NCBI RefSeq assembly: GCF_000196355.1
Contig: NC_007614.1
Span: forward strand, 1,470,001 to 1,502,000
DNA length: 32,000 nucleotides
Origin: Nitrosospira multiformis ATCC 25196
GTDB taxonomy: Bacteria > Pseudomonadota > Gammaproteobacteria > Burkholderiales > Nitrosomonadaceae
Direction: 5' to 3'
In this document: positions 26,442 through 32,000 of the stretch, one piece after another
Numbering within the stretch: position 1 is the first letter of the stretch
How the letters are laid out: each line of letters opens with the position of its first letter
Program-made: the position numbers and the translations under genes
Notes under the pieces: model-generated
The model's input: the letters and a program-made list of their open reading frames with translations, nothing else
What the model was told of the DNA's origin: nothing
Databases searched by the model: none

Positions 26442-26987
26442 ATGCGCAAGAAAAGCATTGTGTCGGAAGCCAACGAGATAAAGACAGCGATCGAGTTGAT
26501 TCGCCTGGGTGCGCGTCTTCAGTTACTGGAGTCTGAAACCACCCTGAGCCGCGAGCGGCTGATCAAACTATATAAGGAACTGAAAGGCGTTTCTCCGCCC
26601 AAGGGAATGCTGCCGTTTTCCACCGATTGGTTTCTTACGTGGCAGCCCAATATACATTCCTCCGTATTTGCTGACATTTATCGCTATCTGATTGCTCATG
26701 GCGATTGCCGGGGAATCAGCGCAATCATCAAGAGCTATAAGCTTTATCTGGAGCATTGCCAAGTCTGCGAGATGGAGCCGATACTCAGCCTGACCCGGGC
26801 ATGGACGCTGGTGCGCTTCTTTGAAAGCAAACTGATGCAGACAACTGCATGCAATCAATGCGGCGGCCATTTCGTAGTGCACGCCAACGATCTCCATCAC
26901 CGCTATGTTTGCGGGCTGTGCCACATGCCTTCCCGAGCCGGCAAAACCAACAAGGCGCGGACAGCGATGGTGGCAGAGGCAGCTTAA
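26442..26987 (+). CDS. flhC: Flagellar transcriptional activator FlhC
   Basis: IVSEANEIKTAIELIRLGARLQLLESETTLSRERLIKLYKELKGVSPPKGMLPFSTDWFLTWQPNIHSS...CNQCGGHFVVHANDLHHRYVCGLC (Zn-binding Cys residues). ATG at 26442. Confidence 0.95.
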   Translation: MRKKSIVSEANEIKTAIELIRLGARLQLLESETTLSRERLIKLYKELKGVSPPKGMLPFSTDWFLTWQPNIHSSVFADIYRYLIAHGDCRGISAIIKSYKLYLEHCQVCEMEPILSLTRAWTLVRFFESKLMQTTACNQCGGHFVVHANDLHHRYVCGLCHMPSRAGKTNKARTAMVAEAA

Positions 26988-27350
26988 GCCGTAGCACCCA
27001 GTACTCTCGCACTCGCGCAGATCCTTTTTCCGCGCGGAGGACATTGTTCTCCGCCAGCGTCCAATTTCTTTCTCTCCTGAGCCGGAATTCTTTCCGGCTG
27101 CTTTTGGCTTTTTTCCACCTACTTTCCGGGAAGCAATCGACACACGTGTCGATGGACTAAAGTCCGGCGGGTTTGACCCGTTATAGAGAACACATCCAGG
27201 ATTTTGCTGCGGTACCGCAGTTTTGCCGTAGAAGAGCCGTGATGAGGCGGAGCGGCAATATTGCTTGAACCAAGCTCTGGATTACCGGCGTGCTTCTAAA
27301 ATTATCTATTCCAGCAGTGCAATAGTCGATACAGGAAATATCAGAAAAAG

Positions 27351-28211
27351 ATGTTGGTCATTATTGGATCTCTCATTGTGCTGGGATCGGTGTTCGGTGG
27401 TTTTGCTTTGACTGGCGGACACCTGGCTGCGCTGTTTCAACCAGTGGAGCTTCTCATGATCGGGGGTGCGGCAATGGGCGCATTTACCCTGGGCAATACG
27501 AAAAAAGCCCTCAAAGCCACCCTCAAGTCACTTCCCAAGGTTGTGCAGCCTCCCCGGTACACCAAAGCCTTGTATATGGACCTGATGGCGCTGCTCTATG
27601 ATCTTCTGGTCAAGGTTCGCAAGGAAGGATTGATGTCGATCGAGCCTGATGTCGACGATCCCAATGAAAGCGCGATTTTTGCCAATTATCCCGATATTCT
27701 TGCCGAGCCAGTTGCGCTCGAGTTCTTGACCGACTACCTTCGTCTCATGGTGGCAGGCAATCTCAACGCGTTCGAACTGGAAAACCTGATGGATAACGAA
27801 ATAGAGACTCATCACCAGGAAGGCGAAATCCCCGTGCATTGCATAAGCCGGTTGGCAGACAGCATGCCGGCATTCGGCATTGTTGCAGCGGTAATGGGAG
27901 TGATACATACCATGGCATCTGTAGGCCTACCGCCTTCGGAACTGGGTGTGCTTGTCGCTCAAGCGCTCGTGGGAACTTTCCTCGGTATTCTTCTCGGGTA
28001 CGGATTCGTCGGGCCCGTTGCCTCGATACTGGAACAGAGGCTCAATGAATCGACGAAGATACTGCAATGCATCCGGGTCACCTTGCTGGCAAGCATCAAT
28101 GGCTATACTCCTGCACTGGCAGTCGAATTTGGACGAAAAGTGCTCTACTCGACGGAGCGGCCCAGTTTCGCTGAACTGGAAAGCCACGTCAGACGGGCAA
28201 AAGACAAATAA
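27351..28211 (+). CDS. motA: Flagellar motor stator protein MotA
   Basis: LVIIGSLIVLGSVFGGFALTGGHLAALFQPVELLMIGGAAMGAF; MPAFGIVAAVMGVIHTMASVG; ILLGYGFVGPVASILE. Confidence 0.95.
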   Translation: MLVIIGSLIVLGSVFGGFALTGGHLAALFQPVELLMIGGAAMGAFTLGNTKKALKATLKSLPKVVQPPRYTKALYMDLMALLYDLLVKVRKEGLMSIEPDVDDPNESAIFANYPDILAEPVALEFLTDYLRLMVAGNLNAFELENLMDNEIETHHQEGEIPVHCISRLADSMPAFGIVAAVMGVIHTMASVGLPPSELGVLVAQALVGTFLGILLGYGFVGPVASILEQRLNESTKILQCIRVTLLASINGYTPALAVEFGRKVLYSTERPSFAELESHVRRAKDK

Positions 28212-28232
28212 GAAAGGGGAAAGAGGTCAGCC

Positions 28233-29159
28233 GTGGCCCAGACGCAGCATCGTATCGTCATAAAGAAAGTAAGGAGACAAAGCCAGGGGCACGGAGGCCA
28301 GTGGAAGATTGCCTATGCAGATTTTGTAACTGCGATGATGGCGTTCTTTCTGCTTATGTGGCTGCTCGGTTCCGCCACGCGGGCTCAATTGCAAGGTATT
28401 TCCGACTACTTTATGAAACCGCTGGAATCGGTACCGGAAAGAGATATCGGCAGCGGTGACCGGACAAGTTTGATTCAGGGAGGCGGAAAAGATCTGATGC
28501 GTCGGGACGGGCAGGTGCAAAAGACGGATGTGGACAGCTCTGAAAAACCGCTCAGTCTCAGGGCAGCGCAACTTGAGCTGGAGCGGCGCGATGCGCGTCG
28601 ACTGGAGGACTTGAAGCGCCGCCTGGAGCGTTTGATCGAATCCAATCCGACCATGCATGAATTCAGGAAGCAGTTACTGCTGGATATTACGACGGAAGGC
28701 CTGCGCATTCAGATCATCGATGATAAAAATCGGCCGATGTTTGCGCTTGCCAGGGCTGAACTGGAGCCGCACACCCGCGAAATTCTGCAAAAACTTGGCA
28801 GTGTGCTGAACGAAATGCCCAACAAACTAAGCCTTTCCGGTCACACGGATTCAACTCCCTACGCGAGTGGCGAGAAAAATTACAGTAACTGGGAGCTATC
28901 TGCCGATCGCGCGAATGCTTCCCGGCGGGAGCTCATCCTCGGCGGGATGAATGAGCAAAAGATCATGCGCGTAGTGGGCTTGAGTTCCGCTGTCCTGTTC
29001 GACAGGAATGATCCGACGAATCCCGTCAACCGGCGTATCAGCATCATTGTGATGAGCAACAGGGCGGCCGAAGCAATAAGCAAGGAAGGCGTGGAAACAA
29101 CGGAAGTCAAAACGAATGGCACGGTCAATCCCGAAACCTTGCGCAGCAGGGCCGGCTGA
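28233..29159 (+). CDS. motB: Flagellar motor protein MotB
   Basis: WKIAYADFVTAMMAFFLLMWLLGSA; OmpA-like LSGHTDSTPYASGEKNYSNWELSADRANASRRELI...VNRRISIIVM. GTG start. Confidence 0.95.
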   Translation: MAQTQHRIVIKKVRRQSQGHGGQWKIAYADFVTAMMAFFLLMWLLGSATRAQLQGISDYFMKPLESVPERDIGSGDRTSLIQGGGKDLMRRDGQVQKTDVDSSEKPLSLRAAQLELERRDARRLEDLKRRLERLIESNPTMHEFRKQLLLDITTEGLRIQIIDDKNRPMFALARAELEPHTREILQKLGSVLNEMPNKLSLSGHTDSTPYASGEKNYSNWELSADRANASRRELILGGMNEQKIMRVVGLSSAVLFDRNDPTNPVNRRISIIVMSNRAAEAISKEGVETTEVKTNGTVNPETLRSRAG

Positions 29160-29442
29160 GAAACTGTTGTCATTCTTCCGGAAATCTGGCAACAGTTTTC
29201 TTCGGCGCAAAACACTCCACTTCCTCTACTGATCCTGCCCCAATGCGAAAATCCCATTCCGTACTGTGTAAAGTAAATCCCCTGTGTTGATCCCCTCCGC
29301 GATGCCGTGAGAATTATGGGGAAAATTGCGTTCTTTTTCCCCGATAGCACACTCCCACACTGCCCAATAATGTCGCATGTCATCCACGTGCAGTAATTCC
29401 GCGTGGAGTTATCAGTCATTCGGGTTGTGACAGGAATCTGCA

Positions 29443-30621
29443 GTGAGCGAAGAGAGCGATCAGGAAAGAACGGAACCGGCGTCCCCCCGGCGTCTGGAAA
29501 AGTCTCGTGAAGAAGGGCAGGCGCCGCGCTCCACGGAACTGTCGACCTTTGCCCTTCTTATTGCAGCTGGGACTGGTCTTTGGCTCATGGGCGGACACCT
29601 GAGCAGCCAGCTTGCCCGATTGATGAAGGAGGGAATGCATATCCCGCGTGAGACCGGATTTGAGCCGGCACGCCTGGCCGAGCGCCTGTTCGACCAATCC
29701 TTCCATGCGCTGATTACCTTCGCTCCCTTCCTGATACTGATGATCCTGGTCGCCCTGGTTGCGCCCATGCTGCTTTCCGGATGGCTTTTCAGCTGGAAGT
29801 CGCTCAATCCCGATTTCAAACGGATAAATCCACTGAGCGGCCTGAGCCGCATGTTTTCACTGCACAGCCTGCTCGAACTGGCAAAAGCGCTCCTCAAGGC
29901 CGCGCTGATCGGTGGAGCAGGGGTATGGACGATCTGGCATTACAAGGAGTCCGTCCTGTCGCTCATCGCCCGGCCACTCGTCCCGGGTTTGACTCATATG
30001 GGCGAGCTGGTTGCCCTGAGTTTTTTTTCCATTGCGGGCACCATGATACTGATTGCCACGGTGGATGTGCCGTTCAAGTTGTGGGATCACTACCGCAAGC
30101 TCCGGATGACCAAGGAAGAAGTCCGTCAGGAAAACAAGGAAACGGAGGGTAATCCGCAAATCAAGGGGCGTATCCGCGCGCAACAGCGCGAAATGGCAAG
30201 AAAGCGCATGATGACCGAGATTCCCAGGGCGGATGTGATTATTACAAACCCTACCCATTACTCCGTCGCGCTCAGATATGAAGATGGCAAGATGCGTGCG
30301 CCTCGCGTCGTCGCCAAGGGTATGCATCTATTGGCCTTGAAAATCCGCGAGATAGGGCATCAGCACAAAGTACCTGTGCTGGAAGCGCCACCGTTGGCTC
30401 GTGCTCTCTATCAACATACTGAGCTGGGAGATGAAATTCCCCAGACACTCTATAACGTCGTAGCCGAGGTGCTCGCTTACGTCTATCAATTGCGCCGCCA
30501 CCAGCAATATGGCCCCTCTGGCGGCAAGGCTCCCGTTTTGCCGGAACTTGACGTGCCGGTTGAGCTGGATCCGGAAAACAAAGCGTTCAAGGAAGCGGGA
30601 AAAACTGGAAAACCTGAATAA
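29443..30621 (+). CDS. flhB: Flagellar export protein FlhB
   Basis: EKTEPASPRR-type N-terminus (ERTEPASPRRLEKSREEGQAPRSTEL); MTEIPRADVIITNPTHYSVALRYEDGKMRAPRVVAKGMHLLALKIREIGHQHKVPVLEAPPLARALYQHTELGDEIP with the NPTH autocleavage site. Confidence 0.97.
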   Translation: MSEESDQERTEPASPRRLEKSREEGQAPRSTELSTFALLIAAGTGLWLMGGHLSSQLARLMKEGMHIPRETGFEPARLAERLFDQSFHALITFAPFLILMILVALVAPMLLSGWLFSWKSLNPDFKRINPLSGLSRMFSLHSLLELAKALLKAALIGGAGVWTIWHYKESVLSLIARPLVPGLTHMGELVALSFFSIAGTMILIATVDVPFKLWDHYRKLRMTKEEVRQENKETEGNPQIKGRIRAQQREMARKRMMTEIPRADVIITNPTHYSVALRYEDGKMRAPRVVAKGMHLLALKIREIGHQHKVPVLEAPPLARALYQHTELGDEIPQTLYNVVAEVLAYVYQLRRHQQYGPSGGKAPVLPELDVPVELDPENKAFKEAGKTGKPE

Positions 30622-30623
30622 CG

Positions 30624-32000
30624 ATGACTGCGATGACAAAACTAACTTACCTGTTTAGCGGTGCGAGGGCGCGCAGCCTTGCAGGTCCGCTGCTGATATT
30701 CATGATCCTCGGCATGATGGTACTGCCACTGCCCGCGTTTTTACTGGACATGATGTTCACTTTCAACATCGCGCTCTCCATCATGGTGCTGCTGGTTAGC
30801 ATCCATACGCACAAGCCGCTGGATTTTGCCGTGTTTCCCACAGTGCTGCTCCTTTCAACGCTGCTGCGATTGTCGCTCAACGTGGCATCTACCCGCGTGG
30901 TGCTGATGCAAGGCCATACCGGGCCGGATGCGGCAGGAAAAGTCATCGAGGCATTCGGTCATTACCTCGTCGGCGGGAATTATACGGTCGGCATAGTTGT
31001 GTTCGTTATTCTGGTGGTGATCAACTTTATCGTCATTACCAAGGGTGCCGGTCGCATTGCGGAAGTTTCCGCGCGCTTTACGCTGGATGCCATGCCGGGC
31101 AAGCAGATGGCGATCGATGCGGATCTCAACGCCGGCCTCATCGGTGAGGAGGAGGCGGGCAGGCGGCGCGTCTCCATTGCCCAGGAGGCGGAATTTTACG
31201 GCTCCATGGATGGCGCGAGCAAATTTGTAAGGGGAGATGCGATAGCGGGAATTCTCATCCTCTTTATTAATGTCGTTGGCGGATTGGTAGTCGGCGTTCT
31301 GCAGCATGACCTCGATCTTGCTACCGCCGCCAGAAATTACACCCTGCTTGCCATCGGTGACGGACTGGTGGCCCAGATTCCGGCGCTCATTATCTCTACC
31401 GCCGCCGGCCTGGTAGTAAGCCGCGTCGGTACGGATGAGGATATCAGCACTCAACTGGCAGGCCAGCTTTTCTCAAAGCCCCAGGTATTGGCTTTGACTG
31501 CCGCTATCATCGGTCTCATGGGCCTGATACCCGGTATGCCTCATATTGCCTTTCTGCTGCTGGCCGCATTGTGCGGCGGGGGCGCCTATCTGATGGAACA
31601 GCGCCGCAAGCGGCTTGTGTCGCAGGCGCCGACAGCTCCCGTTATCCAAGCGGAGGCGCAGGACGCCAGTTGGGATGATGTCATGCCCGTGGACATACTG
31701 GGACTAGAGGTGGGCTATCGCCTGATTTCGCTCGTGGACAAGACCCAGGACGGGGAGCTTCTCGGGCGGATCAAAGGCGTGCGCAAGAAATTCGCCCAGG
31801 AGGTCGGGTATCTTCCGCCGACTGTTCATATCCGTGACAATCTGGAACTGCGCCCTAACGGGTACCGGATAACGCTCAAGGGCGTCAATATTGGAACCGG
31901 TGAAGTCAATGTGGGGCAGTATCTCGCCATCAATCCGGGCATCGTATCCGGCAATGTGCCTGGTCTTGCCACCACCGATCCCGCTTTCGGGCTGCCCGCT
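30624..32000 (+). CDS. flhA: Flagellar biosynthesis protein FlhA (3' end outside window)
   Basis: Translated from ATG 30624: PLLIFMILGMMVLPLPAFLLDMMFTFNIALSIMVLLVSIHTHKPLDFAVFPTVLLLSTLLRLSLNVASTRVVL...; open to position 32000. Confidence 0.96.
   Translation, partial: MTAMTKLTYLFSGARARSLAGPLLIFMILGMMVLPLPAFLLDMMFTFNIALSIMVLLVSIHTHKPLDFAVFPTVLLLSTLLRLSLNVASTRVVLMQGHTGPDAAGKVIEAFGHYLVGGNYTVGIVVFVILVVINFIVITKGAGRIAEVSARFTLDAMPGKQMAIDADLNAGLIGEEEAGRRRVSIAQEAEFYGSMDGASKFVRGDAIAGILILFINVVGGLVVGVLQHDLDLATAARNYTLLAIGDGLVAQIPALIISTAAGLVVSRVGTDEDISTQLAGQLFSKPQVLALTAAIIGLMGLIPGMPHIAFLLLAALCGGGAYLMEQRRKRLVSQAPTAPVIQAEAQDASWDDVMPVDILGLEVGYRLISLVDKTQDGELLGRIKGVRKKFAQEVGYLPPTVHIRDNLELRPNGYRITLKGVNIGTGEVNVGQYLAINPGIVSGNVPGLATTDPAFGLPA

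Noticed and set aside
28880-31454. Minus-strand ORFs 28880-29419, 29460-29897, 29857-30327 and 30855-31454 in the flagellar cluster
   Set aside because: Antisense to motB, flhB and flhA, or spanning the motB-flhB gap, with no protein-like motifs.

Overview
This 32 kb window looks beta-proteobacterial (possibly Nitrosospira-like; taxonomy is inference only). It contains, left to right: (i) the 3' end of a large type I secreted, adhesin-like protein, a LuxR-type regulator split by an apparent frameshift, and a complete type I secretion cassette (ABC transporter, HlyD/PrtE-like adaptor, TolC-like outer membrane protein); (ii) a KGG-repeat stress protein; (iii) a minus-strand block with a DUF72 protein, a cupin, a UdgX-type uracil-DNA glycosylase and three two-component signalling genes; (iv) a CHRD-domain PEP-CTERM protein, a cold shock protein, a secreted-type SDR oxidoreductase and a truncated cytochrome c peroxidase-like gene; (v) an accessory region (about 16.4-25.7 kb) with tRNA-Leu(UAA), a pile-up of IS3 and IS5 family elements, degraded genes and small orphan genes, including a Cys-rich exported peptide, a TM+HIRAN protein and a small lipoprotein; (vi) the start of a flagellar cluster, flhD-flhC-motA-motB-flhB-flhA (flhA runs off the right edge). 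I see no CRISPR array and no convincing complete new defence or biosynthetic system. The most unusual signals are the IS insertion at the end of another IS, the split response regulator, the pentapeptide repeat at the N-terminus of a sensor kinase, and the orphan small genes between the IS cluster and flhD.
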